DNA from: Thiobacillus sp.
GTDB taxonomy: Bacteria > Pseudomonadota > Gammaproteobacteria > Burkholderiales > Thiobacillaceae
Assembly (NCBI GenBank): GCA_046484355.1
Contig: JAWOJD010000083.1
Location: 8,672-72,671 of the forward strand
Length of the DNA: 64,000 nucleotides
Direction of reading: 5' to 3'
Position 1 is the stretch's first letter. Each line of letters starts with the position of its first letter. Below are positions 1 through 10,143 of this stretch, piece after piece. Under the pieces are notes generated by a model that was not told the origin of the DNA, did no database searches, and saw only the letters and a program-made list of their open reading frames with translations. A program made the position numbers and the translations under genes.

Positions 1-371
1 CCACGAAACACGTTTTCCATCTGGTCGTGCAGCAGGGTGTGATGACGGATCGAGTTCTCAAATGCCTGTTTCTGATCGGCCGTCGGCAGTTCGCCGTGAA
101 GCAGCAGGTAGCTGACTTCCATGAAGTCCGACTTGTAGGCAAGCTCCTCGATCGGATAGCCGCGGTGATACAGCAAGCCTTCGTCACCATCGATATACGT
201 GATGGCTGAATTGCAGCTCGACGTGGCAGTAAAGCCCGGGTCGTGGGTGAAGTAGCCGTGGGCACCGAGTGCACGGGTGTCGATCACTGGCTTGCCATAA
301 GTGCCCTGCTCGATCGGCAGTTCGATCGAAGGACTGCCATCGCTAAACGTGAGAGTGACCGATTTATTCAT
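1..371 (-). CDS. gltA: Citrate synthase, N-terminal part (gene runs off the window start)
   Basis: Hand translation from ATG at 369-371 (minus): MNKSVTLTFSDGSPSIELPIEQGTYGKPVIDTRALGAHGYFTHDPGFTATSSCNSAITYIDGDEGLLYHRGYPIEEL... This is a typical type II citrate synthase N-terminus. ATGA overlap with the sdhE stop. Absent from the ORF track because it is truncated. Confidence 0.85.
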   Translation of the reverse strand, partial: MNKSVTLTFSDGSPSIELPIEQGTYGKPVIDTRALGAHGYFTHDPGFTATSSCNSAITYIDGDEGLLYHRGYPIEELAYKSDFMEVSYLLLHGELPTADQKQAFENSIRHHTLLHDQMENVFR

Positions 372-622
372 CATGATTCCAAAGTTATCGCAGCCTGATG
401 GTCCTGCAGGCGTTGGATGAGCGCTTCAAGCGCCTGGTCGCCCGCAGGCGAGCGGCCCTGCAACCTGTCCAGAATTTCCATGTCCGACAGATTCAGCAGT
501 CGCTCCAGCGCTGCCGTCTCGTGAGAATGAAGTGTATCGCGGTGCACGGTCCAAAAGCCACCCAGCCAGATATCCAGTTCCAGCAAGCCGCGCCGGCAGC
601 GCCAGGCGAGGGCATCAGACAC
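371..622 (-). CDS. sdhE: Succinate dehydrogenase FAD-assembly factor SdhE (YgfY/DUF339 family)
   Basis: 83 aa. N-terminal RCRRGLLELD motif region typical of SdhE. Lies between sdhB and gltA and overlaps both. Confidence 0.8.
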   Translation of the reverse strand: MSDALAWRCRRGLLELDIWLGGFWTVHRDTLHSHETAALERLLNLSDMEILDRLQGRSPAGDQALEALIQRLQDHQAAITLES

Positions 623-1310
623 GCCGCTTCACCAGCAGCGATTTGATGCGCCCGATTGCCTCCGTTGGGTTCAGCCCCTTGGGGCAGGCTTCGACACAGT
701 TCATGATGCCGTGGCATCGGAACATCCGATACGGGTCTTCAAGATTATCGAGCCGTTCGCCAAGCGATTCGTCACGGCTATCGGCAATGAAGCGATACGC
801 CTGTAGGAGCCCCGCCGGCCCGACGAACTTGTCCGGATTCCACCAGAAAGACGGGCACGAGGTCGTGCAGCAACCGCACAAAATGCACTCGTACGCGCCA
901 TCCAGCAGTGCGCGATCTGCCGGAGTTTGCAGGCGCTCGACCTCGGGTTCGGGATCATCGTTGATCAGCCACGGCTTGATCGAGCGGTACTGCCGGTTAA
1001 AGGGCTCCATGTCGACGATCAGGTCGCGGATCACCGGCAACCCCGGCAACGGCCGCACCTCGATCGGCTGCTTCAGCTCGGACAGCGGCGTGATGCACGC
1101 CAGCCGGTTCTTGCCGTTTACGTTGACTGCATCCGATCCGCACACTCCTTCGTGGCAGGAACGCCGCAAGGACAGCGTTTCGTCCTGTGCCTTGATTGCA
1201 ATCAACGCATCCAGCAGCATCTTGCCCGCAGGATCGATGTCGAGCTCGACGTCCTGCATGGCGGGCTTTTCACCCGACTCCGGGTTGTAGCGATAGAGGC
1301 GGAATTTCAT
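615..1310 (-). CDS. sdhB: Succinate dehydrogenase iron-sulfur subunit
   Basis: Cluster motifs CHEGVCGSDA, CILCGCCTTSCP, CHGIMNCVEACP. Start taken at MKFRLYRYNPE (ATG 1310, GGGGA upstream); the ORF track extends to 1328. Confidence 0.95.
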   Translation of the reverse strand: MKFRLYRYNPESGEKPAMQDVELDIDPAGKMLLDALIAIKAQDETLSLRRSCHEGVCGSDAVNVNGKNRLACITPLSELKQPIEVRPLPGLPVIRDLIVDMEPFNRQYRSIKPWLINDDPEPEVERLQTPADRALLDGAYECILCGCCTTSCPSFWWNPDKFVGPAGLLQAYRFIADSRDESLGERLDNLEDPYRMFRCHGIMNCVEACPKGLNPTEAIGRIKSLLVKRRV

Positions 1311-1324
1311 GACCAGCGTCCCCA

Positions 1325-3079
1325 TCAATACACCCTTTCCTTTGGCCGAATCGACTCGACAGTCAGCGGCTTTATCCGTACCGGCTTGGTGTCGACTCCA
1401 TCGCCATCAAGCGAATACAAAGTGTGCTTCAGCCAGTGCGCGTCGTCGCGCTGCGGAAAATCCTCGCGCGTATGCGCACCGCGGCTTTCGGTGCGGTTGA
1501 TTGCCGAGACCAGCGTCGCCCGTGCCACGCCGATCAGATTTTCTAGTTCCAGCGCCTCGATGCGCGCTGTATTGAACACACGGCTGGTGTCCTGCAGGCC
1601 TGCACGCGCCAGACGCGCTTCGAGTTCGCCCAGCTTTGCCAGCCCTTCGCGCAACACCGCGTCGGTCCGGAACACGCCTGCATGCATCTGCATCATGCGC
1701 CTGAGGTCATCGGCGATGGCCGCCACGCGCTCACTACCGGGCTGTTCCCAGCGCCGCAGACGAGCCTGGCTGGCTTCAGCTGCGCGCTCGGGAAGGGGTC
1801 GTGGATAGGGGTTGTCGCGCAGATATTCCTGCATATGCCGGCCTGCTGCACGGCCAAACACGATGAGGTCGAGCAACGAATTGCCGCCCAGCCGGTTTGC
1901 GCCATGCACCGACACGCAGGCGCATTCGCCTACGGCATACAGACCCGGTACCGGCTCCTCGGGGCCGAAGTGCGCGGGGGCGACGACCTGTCCATGCAAA
2001 TTGGTGGGAATGCCGCCCATCATGTAGTGCGCGGTGGGCGCAACCGGAATCGGGGCGCGGGACGGATCGACGCCAGCAAAGCGGATCGACAGGTCACGAA
2101 TGCCTGGAAGCTTGTCGGCGATGGCTTTCTCGCCCAAGTGGTCGAGCTTGAGATCGACGTAATTACCTTGCGGGCCGCAGCCGCGTCCCTCGGCAATCTC
2201 AATCGCGATCGCGCGCGACACGACGTCGCGCCCGGCAAGATCTTTGGCATGCGGCGCGTAGCGTTCCATGAAACGCTCACCGTTTTTATTCAGCAGATAG
2301 CCGCCCTCGCCGCGCACGCCCTCGGTGATGAGACAGCCGACGCCGGCGATGCCGGTGGGGTGAAACTGCCAGAACTCCATGTCCTGCAGCGGCAATCCGG
2401 CACGCAACATCATGCCGAGACCGTCGCCGGTGTTGATCATGGCATTGCTGCTGTTGCCGAACACCCGCCCGGCCCCGCCGGTGGCGATGAGCGTGGTCCG
2501 TGCTTCGATCTGCAGGGGCTCGCCGGTCTCGATGCTCATGGCGGTTACGCCGAGGCAATAACCCTCGGCATCGCGCAGCAGGTCCAAGGCAAAATACTCG
2601 TCGAAAAACTGGGTGCGGTGCTTGATGTTCTGCTGGTACAGGGTATGCAGCATCGCGTGTCCGGTGCGGTCTGCGGCGGCGCAGGTCCGGGTGGCCTGAT
2701 CGCCGCCAAAATGCTTGGACTGGCCGCCGAATGGGCGCTGGTAAATCTTGCCGTTGTCCAGACGCGAAAACGGCAGGCCCATGTGCTCAAGTTCGTAGAC
2801 TGCACTGGCGGCCTCGCGGCACATGAATTCGATCGCATCCTGGTCGCCCAGCCAGTCGCCGCCCTTGACCGTGTCGTACATGTGCCATTCCCAGCGGTCT
2901 TCGTCGACATTGGCCAGCGCAGCGGTGATGCCGCCCTGTGCCGAGACCGTATGCGAACGCGTCGGGAAAACCTTGGACATCACGGCGACGTTGAAATCCG
3001 AACGCGCGAGTTGCAGGGCGGCGCGCAGCCCCGCCCCGCCGCCGCCAATAATCAGCGCATCGAAACGGCGCGTATTCAT
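1325..3079 (-). CDS. sdhA: Succinate dehydrogenase flavoprotein subunit
   Basis: FAD fold [15 protein letters not shown] and covalent-FAD His context [10 protein letters not shown]. Start at MNTRRFDAL (3079) gives an ATGA overlap with the sdhD stop; the longer track ORF is an over-extension. Confidence 0.95.
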   Translation of the reverse strand: MNTRRFDALIIGGGGAGLRAALQLARSDFNVAVMSKVFPTRSHTVSAQGGITAALANVDEDRWEWHMYDTVKGGDWLGDQDAIEFMCREAASAVYELEHMGLPFSRLDNGKIYQRPFGGQSKHFGGDQATRTCAAADRTGHAMLHTLYQQNIKHRTQFFDEYFALDLLRDAEGYCLGVTAMSIETGEPLQIEARTTLIATGGAGRVFGNSSNAMINTGDGLGMMLRAGLPLQDMEFWQFHPTGIAGVGCLITEGVRGEGGYLLNKNGERFMERYAPHAKDLAGRDVVSRAIAIEIAEGRGCGPQGNYVDLKLDHLGEKAIADKLPGIRDLSIRFAGVDPSRAPIPVAPTAHYMMGGIPTNLHGQVVAPAHFGPEEPVPGLYAVGECACVSVHGANRLGGNSLLDLIVFGRAAGRHMQEYLRDNPYPRPLPERAAEASQARLRRWEQPGSERVAAIADDLRRMMQMHAGVFRTDAVLREGLAKLGELEARLARAGLQDTSRVFNTARIEALELENLIGVARATLVSAINRTESRGAHTREDFPQRDDAHWLKHTLYSLDGDGVDTKPVRIKPLTVESIRPKERVY

Positions 3080-3438
3080 GCGTGACCCCACGAAACGGTG
3101 CCAAACATGATCGCGACCAGCCACGCCACGCTACCGGACAGGGTGACGATCAGAAACAGATAGAGGAACATCCGCAGAGGAATGGGGGGCACGTAATCGA
3201 TCAATACATCGCGCATGCCTATCCAGGTATGCAGGGCTAGCGCCACACCGGTCAGCACGATCAACACGCGATACCACAGCGGGGCGAACAGTGCCTGCCA
3301 GCCGGAAAAATCAACAGGCATGGCCGAAAAGAACGGAATCATCAGGCCTGGCAGCGCTACCGCCAGCAGGATCGCCGTGGCGCGCTGCACCAACCAGTCG
3401 CCGGTGCCGCTATGGTATCCCCCGATGGCGACTTTCAT
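3076..3438 (-). CDS. sdhD: Succinate dehydrogenase membrane anchor subunit
   Basis: 120 aa, three hydrophobic helices, position between sdhC and sdhA, overlapping stop/start. Confidence 0.8.
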   Translation of the reverse strand: MKVAIGGYHSGTGDWLVQRATAILLAVALPGLMIPFFSAMPVDFSGWQALFAPLWYRVLIVLTGVALALHTWIGMRDVLIDYVPPIPLRMFLYLFLIVTLSGSVAWLVAIMFGTVSWGHA

Positions 3439-3824
3439 GCGAACAGTCTCCAGGCTGCCATCAGCGTTACTGTGCCAGTTGCCAGCAACACCACGACTGC
3501 GCTCCGCCGGGCGTGCCTGAGCTCAACGCCCCAATGCAGATCCAGCGCCAGATGTCTCAATCCGGCAAAAAAGTGGTGCGCCAATGACCAGACCATCATC
3601 AGCAGGAACAGCTTCGCCAGCGGATGCGTCATCCAGGCCGCGACCTGTTGAAATCCGGCCTCGCCAGACAGCGACACCGACAAGACTCCTACACCCAGCG
3701 GCATGACCACAAACAGCAGCGCACCCGACACCCGGTGCATGATCGAGACCCAGCCCGCAAGCGGCAGGTAGATGCGGAACAGGTTGAGGTAAACGGGCCG
3801 GCTGGCCATGTTGACGGGCCTCAT
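3435..3824 (-). CDS. sdhC: Succinate dehydrogenase cytochrome b556 subunit
   Basis: 129 aa membrane protein with the SIMHRVSG motif typical of SdhC. First gene of the sdhCDAB order. The start could be the internal MASRPVY. Confidence 0.8.
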   Translation of the reverse strand: MRPVNMASRPVYLNLFRIYLPLAGWVSIMHRVSGALLFVVMPLGVGVLSVSLSGEAGFQQVAAWMTHPLAKLFLLMMVWSLAHHFFAGLRHLALDLHWGVELRHARRSAVVVLLATGTVTLMAAWRLFA

Positions 3825-3932
3825 TGTCTGGAAGATGACTCCATGCTAGTTTAGCCGCAACTGCACTCGGGGCGCTGCGTTCTACGGGGTCGCAGTCCAT
3901 TTTTCCCATTTCCAAGGAGTCTTGTCATAAAA

Positions 3933-4235
3933 GTGTTTCCCCTGATCACCAGCGCCACGTTGCTCATGTCGGTTTCAGCCGCGCAGGCAAGCGAAACCCT
4001 GGCTGAAGATAGCGGATGCCTGGGCTGTCACTCCGTGTCCGACAAAGTCGTCGGGCCGGCCTTTGTCGATGTCGCGGCCAAGTACAAAGGCCAGAAGGGT
4101 GCGCCTGCCCAACTGCTCCAACAGGTCAGAAAAGGCAGCACCGGCGTCTGGGGCAAGGTTGCGATGCCTGCCAACAAAAAAGTCAGCGACAAGGACCTGA
4201 AAAAGATCATTGCCTGGATTCTGGCGCAGCAATAA
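3933..4235 (+). CDS. Periplasmic class I cytochrome c (c551/c552-like)
   Basis: 100 aa with a signal peptide (…SVSAAQA/SE), a single CLGCH haem site and a distal Met (VAMPAN). GTG start. Divergent from sdhC. Confidence 0.8.
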   Translation: MFPLITSATLLMSVSAAQASETLAEDSGCLGCHSVSDKVVGPAFVDVAAKYKGQKGAPAQLLQQVRKGSTGVWGKVAMPANKKVSDKDLKKIIAWILAQQ

Positions 4236-4260
4236 TCCTGACGCTGCCAATCGCCATCAA

Positions 4261-4283
4261 GCCGGTCAGCGACCGGCTTTTTT
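4261..4283 (+). terminator. Rho-independent terminator of the cytochrome c gene
   Basis: GCCGGTC-agc-GACCGGC followed by TTTTTT, 26 nt after the stop. Overlaps the 3-prime end of the convergent malic enzyme gene. Confidence 0.6.
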
Positions 4284-5507
4284 GTTGGGCCGACCCGCCG
4301 CCTTCGCCACGGCCTTGGGCACCCGCTCGAGCAGCCTCGGATCGAATGGCTTGGGCAGAATGTAGTCAGGACCGAATGCCAGCTTTTTGAGCCTGTAGGC
4401 CTTGAGCACCGACGCCGGCACCGGCTCGCGCGCGAGTTCGGCCAGCGCATGCACGGCTGCAATGAGCATGTCCTGGGTGATCTCCCTGGCGCGCGCATCG
4501 AGCGCGCCGCGGAAAATGAACGGAAAGCCCAGCACGTTGTTGACCTGATTGGGAAAATCCGAGCGCCCGGTAGCCATGACCAGATCGCTGCGCGCGGCCT
4601 TGGCTGTCTCCGGCAGGATTTCGGGATTGGGATTGGCAAGTGCAAACACCACCGGCTTGTCGGCCATGCTCTTCACCATCGCCGGACTCACCAGATTGGC
4701 GCCTGACACGCCCACGAACACGTCGGCGCCTTGCATGGCATCCGCCAGTGTACGCAAGCCCGTCTTGCGCGCGAATCCCTTCTTGAAGCTATTGAGATCG
4801 GTGCGCTCCCGGTGAACCACGCCCCTGGAATCCACCAGCAGGATATTCGCCTTTCTTGCGCCCATCGCCACCAGCAGCTTCATCGATGCGATGCCAGCCG
4901 CACCCGCACCCAGGCAGACAATTTTTGCGGTTTCCAGGGTCTTGCCCTGTACGTGCAGCGCATTGATCAGTCCGGCGCAGATGATGACAGCGGTGCCATG
5001 CTGATCGTCATGGAAAACCGGGATATCGAGCTTTTTCTTGAGAGCCGCCTCGATCTCGAAGCAGTGCGGCGCCGCGATGTCTTCGAGGTTGATGCCACCG
5101 AAAGTCGGTGCAATGGCTTCGACCACCTTGATGAAGTCCTGCGGCGTCTTGGCATTGACTTCTATATCGTAGACGTCGATGCCGGCAAACTGCTTGAACA
5201 GCACGCCCTTGCCCTCCATCACCGGCTTGGCGGCAAGCGGCCCCCTGTTGCCCAGACCGAGAATGGCAGTGCCATCGGTGATCACCGCCACAAGGTTGCC
5301 CTTGTTAGTGTAGTCGTAAGCCGTCTTCGGATTCTTGGCGATTTCCAGCACCGGCACGGCCACGCCGGGCGTGTAGGCCAGCGACAAATCAGCCTGGGTG
5401 GAACAGGGTTTGGACGATTCAACCGACAGCTTGCCGGGCTTGGGCAGGCGGTGGTAATCGAGGGCTTTTTTCTTGGCTGCGTTCTTTGTGACGGGGGCTT
5501 GGCTCAT
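4266..5507 (-). CDS. NAD(P)-dependent malic enzyme, short form without PTA-like domain
   Basis: 413 aa. [26 protein letters not shown] and GAGAAG dinucleotide motifs typical of bacterial malic enzymes. Confidence 0.9.
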   Translation of the reverse strand: MSQAPVTKNAAKKKALDYHRLPKPGKLSVESSKPCSTQADLSLAYTPGVAVPVLEIAKNPKTAYDYTNKGNLVAVITDGTAILGLGNRGPLAAKPVMEGKGVLFKQFAGIDVYDIEVNAKTPQDFIKVVEAIAPTFGGINLEDIAAPHCFEIEAALKKKLDIPVFHDDQHGTAVIICAGLINALHVQGKTLETAKIVCLGAGAAGIASMKLLVAMGARKANILLVDSRGVVHRERTDLNSFKKGFARKTGLRTLADAMQGADVFVGVSGANLVSPAMVKSMADKPVVFALANPNPEILPETAKAARSDLVMATGRSDFPNQVNNVLGFPFIFRGALDARAREITQDMLIAAVHALAELAREPVPASVLKAYRLKKLAFGPDYILPKPFDPRLLERVPKAVAKAAGRPNKKAGR

Positions 5508-5572
5508 GGCGGCAGAGGCTGGATAAACAAGCCGCCATTATCGCGGATTTATCGACGTGCCGCCCTGTAAGT

Positions 5573-6283
5573 TCAGTCTTTCCAGATTTTCAGCTGGGCA
5601 CGCAGGCGTGCAACCGCCTGCGAATGCAGCTGGCATACGCGCGACTCGGATACGCCAAGCACCACCCCGATTTCCTTCAGGTTCATGTCCTGTTCGTAGT
5701 ACATGCCCATCATGCTGCGCTCGCGATCGGGCAGATGGTGGATCGCGGCGATCAGGCTATCGCGAAACCCTTCGTCTTCCAGCACGGCAAGCGGGTCGTT
5801 GCTGCCGTCAACCAGATAGCGCTCCAGAAAACTGGCGCTGTCCTCGTCCGAGAAATCCTCGTAATACAGCAACTGGGAACATTTCACATCGCCCAGCATC
5901 GACTGGTATTGATCGATCGACATGTCCAGTTCGTCGGAGATTTCCTGATCGGACGGCGATTTGCCGTTACGCTGTTCAAGACGATTGATGGCGGCTTCGA
6001 TCTGCCGCGATTTCTGACGGACGTGACGGGGCAGCCAGTCCGCCTCGCGCAGTTCATCGAGCATGGAGCCGCGAATGCGCTGGGTAGCATACGATTCAAA
6101 CTGGGCACCCTGGTTGCCATCGAAGCGCGATACTGCATCCATCAGGCCGATCAAGCCGACCTGGATGAGATCGTCAACCTCGACGCTGGCGGGCAGGCGC
6201 GCCATCATATGATAGGCAATGCGCTTGACCAGCGGTGCATATTTGGTGATCTGCTCGTCCTGCGATGCGTGTTTCACAACCAT
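5573..6283 (-). CDS. fliA: Flagellar RNA polymerase sigma factor (sigma-28)
   Basis: 236 aa. Region 2 (DDLIQVGLIGLMDAVSRFD) and region 4 HTH (LKEIGVVLGVSESRVCQLHSQA). Directly follows the flhG-like gene. Confidence 0.9.
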   Translation of the reverse strand: MVVKHASQDEQITKYAPLVKRIAYHMMARLPASVEVDDLIQVGLIGLMDAVSRFDGNQGAQFESYATQRIRGSMLDELREADWLPRHVRQKSRQIEAAINRLEQRNGKSPSDQEISDELDMSIDQYQSMLGDVKCSQLLYYEDFSDEDSASFLERYLVDGSNDPLAVLEDEGFRDSLIAAIHHLPDRERSMMGMYYEQDMNLKEIGVVLGVSESRVCQLHSQAVARLRAQLKIWKD

Positions 6284-6285
6284 GT

Positions 6286-6948
6286 TCAGGTGTTTCCTGT
6301 CTTATAACGTGCCTTCCGGCACGTCTCCTCACCCGCCATTCTAGCGGCAAGTCCGGCAAATGCATGATCTTCGTGTAAGCCATTGTAAATGGCTTGCACG
6401 AACGGCCGCCCAAGAAAGTGGCTGCAGGCCGCCCGAACATGAGCACAGACCGAGGGTTCGCCCGATAAAATCACCTCACATGCCCCACCCCTGCCCGCCA
6501 GGGTTTTGAGCACGGCATAGCTGTTTTTCATCGAATATGGCGTGGGCTGGACAGCAAGAACGAGGACATGCTCGGCGCCTGCCACCCAATCCATGCCGAC
6601 GCCATCGGGCAGCCGGTCGAACACAACGCAGTCATAGGACTGTGCCGCGCGGAGCAAGGCAGGATTATTCGCAGGGATTCCAGATGCGACCCATCCGTCG
6701 CCATGCGCGAGGGAGAGCAGATTCATTTGACCCCGAACGAGTTGCTGCTGCCAGTCGAACAGACTGCGCGGACTCGACTGGGCAAACAGGCGATCCTGGC
6801 AGTCGATCAGCAGGGTCGCCAGACCCGTTTGGTGGAGCGCCTGTGTCAACGCCATGCTGGTCGCGCTGGAATCTGACAGGCAATGGACATAGCGCACAGC
6901 CTGGTTAGCCCGCCGTCGGCGCAGCCCCGCAGCCTGATCAGCCGGCAT
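6286..6948 (-). CDS. FlhG/MinD-fold protein with no Walker A P-loop (probable pseudo-ATPase)
   Basis: 220 aa in the flhG position between flhF and fliA. MinD-like blocks are retained (YDCVVFDRLPDG; VLVLAVQPTPYSMKNSYAVLKTL). Where GKGGVGKT is expected the sequence reads SDSSATSM. Confidence 0.65.
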   Translation of the reverse strand: MPADQAAGLRRRRANQAVRYVHCLSDSSATSMALTQALHQTGLATLLIDCQDRLFAQSSPRSLFDWQQQLVRGQMNLLSLAHGDGWVASGIPANNPALLRAAQSYDCVVFDRLPDGVGMDWVAGAEHVLVLAVQPTPYSMKNSYAVLKTLAGRGGACEVILSGEPSVCAHVRAACSHFLGRPFVQAIYNGLHEDHAFAGLAARMAGEETCRKARYKTGNT

Positions 6949-8074
6949 TTACGCCTTTGAATTCAGCGCGCTCTGCACGGTCGGCCTCGACACCAGCAAA
7001 CAAGGGCCAGTCTTCAGCATCCAGCGCATACGGCGTGGCAAGCTGGCCGCCCTTGAGCGCACGGTCGATGAGGTAGGCCGCGTTGGGGGCATGGATGTCT
7101 TCCGGCACGCGCTGCCCGCCGCAGAGATATGCCAGCGGGAGGCGGTGGCGAATCAGGCTGTCGAGCGCGGCGCCGGGTTGCGGGGCCTCGTCGAGCTTGG
7201 TGAGAATGCAGGCAGTCGCGCCCTGACCGAACCGCAGCATCGACTGTTCAATCGCCGCGCCCTGCTGGCTGGCGGAGATTATCGCCAGATGATTCACCCC
7301 CAGGCTGCCCAGCTTCTGGATGTCGCGGGTGCGCGGATCGGACGGAGCAAAACCAGCGGTATCGATCAGCACCAGCTTTGTTGCGGCAAGTTGCGGCAGC
7401 AATTGGGCCAGCGCGGCCGGGTCTTCAGCCACATGCAGTGAGGCCCCCAACAAATCTGCATAGACCGTCAATTGGGCCGCAGCCCCAATGCGGTAGGAAT
7501 CGGCCGCCACCAGTGCCACCTGCGCAGCACCGTGAATCTCCACGCCGCGCGCAGCAAGCTTGGCCAGCGTGGTGGTTTTGCCCGAGCCCGTTGAACCCAC
7601 CAGAGCGTAGCGTCCGCCCCGGGCCAGCAGATCGGCTTCGCGCCCCTGCACCGGCAGGTTGCGGATCAACACCTGACGCAGCCAGCGCTGAGCGGCCTCG
7701 GCATTGAGGCCGCGGGGCAGGCGCGCGGCCAGGGTACGTGCCAGCCGGCTGCCAAAACCCGCGGCGAACAGGGTTTGCATCACGGCGACGCGCGCCGGGT
7801 CGCGCCGTCGTGCCGCCCCCCAGGCGAAACCGGCAAGCTGGTTTTGCACCATGCCGCGCAGGCGCGCAAGCTCATTCAAAATGCGCGAGCCGCTGGCCGT
7901 ATCCGGCGCCTCGCTGGCGGCCGGTGCCGCCAAGTCGCCATAGGCGCTGGCCAGCAGTTCGACCCCCTTGGGATGTGGGCGGGTGGACAACACCACGGCA
8001 TCGTCACCCAGTTCACGGCGGATGCGCGCCAGGCCTTCGCGCGCATTCGCCGCCACAAAAACCTGCACGCTCAT
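6938..8074 (-). CDS. flhF: Flagellar biosynthesis GTPase FlhF (SRP-type)
   Basis: 378 aa. G1 GSTGSGKTTT, DTAG and TKLDE motifs of SRP-family GTPases. Follows flhA. Confidence 0.9.
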   Translation of the reverse strand: MSVQVFVAANAREGLARIRRELGDDAVVLSTRPHPKGVELLASAYGDLAAPAASEAPDTASGSRILNELARLRGMVQNQLAGFAWGAARRRDPARVAVMQTLFAAGFGSRLARTLAARLPRGLNAEAAQRWLRQVLIRNLPVQGREADLLARGGRYALVGSTGSGKTTTLAKLAARGVEIHGAAQVALVAADSYRIGAAAQLTVYADLLGASLHVAEDPAALAQLLPQLAATKLVLIDTAGFAPSDPRTRDIQKLGSLGVNHLAIISASQQGAAIEQSMLRFGQGATACILTKLDEAPQPGAALDSLIRHRLPLAYLCGGQRVPEDIHAPNAAYLIDRALKGGQLATPYALDAEDWPLFAGVEADRAERAEFKGVNAG

Positions 8075-10143
8075 GCGCCCTCCCCGATCGTCAGTTCCGT
8101 ATTCACCTGCACGATTTTATCCGCAGGCACCTCGGCGTAGGCAATCACCGACAACCGCGGCAAATTACGGCGCAACAGGCGCGACACGATGGCGCGCAGC
8201 CCCGGCGAGGTCAGCAGGACAGGCGGATAGCCGTCGCGTTCCTGTTCGGCCAGTGCGCGTTCTGCCGCCTCATTCAGGGCGTCCAGGATGGCGGGCGACA
8301 GCAGCGCCTCGCCCTCGTCGCCCATTTCGCTCAGCAGACGGGTCTCGGTTTCGGCTGCGAGGCCGATCACATTCAGCGTGTTGCCGCCTTCAAACAGGCG
8401 ATCGACAATGCTGCGCCCAAGCGCGGCCCGCACGGTATCCACCAGTTCGTCGATCGACTGGCTTTTCGGCGCGCGAGCCGCCAGGGTTTCAAACAGGGTG
8501 CGCGAATCGCGGATCGACACGTGCTCGTCGATCAATTGCTGCAAAACCGTCTGCACACTGGTCAACGGCAGATGACGCGGCGTCACGTCCTCGACCAGCC
8601 CCGGGTGATTGCGCGACAAGGAGGCGAGCAGTTGCTGCACCTCGGTTCGGCCCAGCAGCTCGGCGGCATGCTGGCGGAACACTGCTTCAACCTGACGCGA
8701 AATCAGCTCGGCGGGCTCCATCACCACAAACCCGCGCAGTTCGGCCTCTTCTTCCCGTCCATTCTCGATCCAGATTCCCGCCAGCCCGGTCAGGGGATCC
8801 ACGCCAGGGGCACCGTCGATCCTTCCCAGCACATCGCCCATATCCACCGCCAGCACCTGGCCGCTGGGCAGTTCGCCATGCGCGACATCGACACCCTTGA
8901 GTGTGATGCGATAGGTGTTGGGCTTCAGGTCGAGGTTGTCGCGCACGCGGATGAGCGGCACCACCAGCCCCATGTCGGTGGCGAAACGGCGTCGTGCCTC
9001 GGTGATTCTGGCCAGCGCCGCACCGCCCTGGTGGCGATCGACCAGCGGGATCAAACGATAGCCGACCTCAAGCGCCAGCACGTCAACCGGCGGAATGTCG
9101 GACCAACTGACATCGAGCGGAGCCGCTTCCTCCTCAATCAGGTCCGGCTCAACCTCGATGACGGCATCCTGCCGACGCATCAGCCAGACACCCAGCGCCC
9201 CCAGCACGGCCGAAATAGTGAGGAAAGCCAGATGCGGCGTGCCCGGGATCAGTCCCAGCACGCCCAGCACGATGGCGGCGATGAACAACGTCTGCGGCCG
9301 GCCAAAAACCTGGCTGGAGAACTCGCGGGACAAATCCTGCTCGGAGGACGCCCGGCTCACCACAATGCCCGCCGACGTCGAGATGATCAGCGCCGGAATC
9401 TGCGTCACCAGACCATCGCCCACCGTAAGCAGCGCATAGCGCCCGAGCGCCTCGGTGAGGCCGAGATTGTGCTGAAACAGCCCGACCAGCACGCCGCCGA
9501 TCAGGTTGACCAGCAGGATGATCAGCGCAGCGACGGCATCGCCGCGCACGAACTTGGACGCGCCGTCCATTGCACCGTAAAAATCCGACTCGCGGCCGAT
9601 TTCGCTGCGGCGGGTGCGCGCCTCGCTCTCGTTGACAAACCCCGCGTTCAGATCGGCGTCGACCGCCAGTTGCTTGCCGGGCATCGAATCGAGGGTGAAG
9701 CGCGCCGCCACCTCGGCAATCCGCCCGGCGCCCTTGGTGATGACGACGAAATTGATGATGACCAGGATCAGGAACACCACGAAGCCGACCACGATGTTGC
9801 CGCCGACCAGAAAATTGCCAAAGGATTCGATCACGTCGCCCGCTGCGTCCGGTCCTGTGTGTCCCTGCATCAGGATGATGCGGGTGGAGGCAACGTTCAG
9901 CGACAGGCGGAGCAAGGTGGTCAGCAACAGCACGGTGGGAAACACCGAAAAATCGAGTGGCCTGCGCGCGCTCAGGCTCACCAGCAGCACGATCATCGCC
10001 AGCGCGATATTGAGCGTGAACAACACGTCGAGCATGAACGTCGGCAATGGCAACACCATCATCGCCAGAATCAGCAGCACCAGCGTCGGCACCGCCAACC
10101 GGTTAACCTGCATGCCCATCACCAAGGTGCCCTGCACGCTCAT
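8071..10143 (-). CDS. flhA: Flagellar type III export gate protein FlhA
   Basis: 690 aa. N-terminal polytopic domain with FPTVLLLTTLLRLSLNVASTRIIL and FVRGDAVA motifs, plus a large cytoplasmic domain. Confidence 0.95.
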   Translation of the reverse strand: MSVQGTLVMGMQVNRLAVPTLVLLILAMMVLPLPTFMLDVLFTLNIALAMIVLLVSLSARRPLDFSVFPTVLLLTTLLRLSLNVASTRIILMQGHTGPDAAGDVIESFGNFLVGGNIVVGFVVFLILVIINFVVITKGAGRIAEVAARFTLDSMPGKQLAVDADLNAGFVNESEARTRRSEIGRESDFYGAMDGASKFVRGDAVAALIILLVNLIGGVLVGLFQHNLGLTEALGRYALLTVGDGLVTQIPALIISTSAGIVVSRASSEQDLSREFSSQVFGRPQTLFIAAIVLGVLGLIPGTPHLAFLTISAVLGALGVWLMRRQDAVIEVEPDLIEEEAAPLDVSWSDIPPVDVLALEVGYRLIPLVDRHQGGAALARITEARRRFATDMGLVVPLIRVRDNLDLKPNTYRITLKGVDVAHGELPSGQVLAVDMGDVLGRIDGAPGVDPLTGLAGIWIENGREEEAELRGFVVMEPAELISRQVEAVFRQHAAELLGRTEVQQLLASLSRNHPGLVEDVTPRHLPLTSVQTVLQQLIDEHVSIRDSRTLFETLAARAPKSQSIDELVDTVRAALGRSIVDRLFEGGNTLNVIGLAAETETRLLSEMGDEGEALLSPAILDALNEAAERALAEQERDGYPPVLLTSPGLRAIVSRLLRRNLPRLSVIAYAEVPADKIVQVNTELTIGEGA

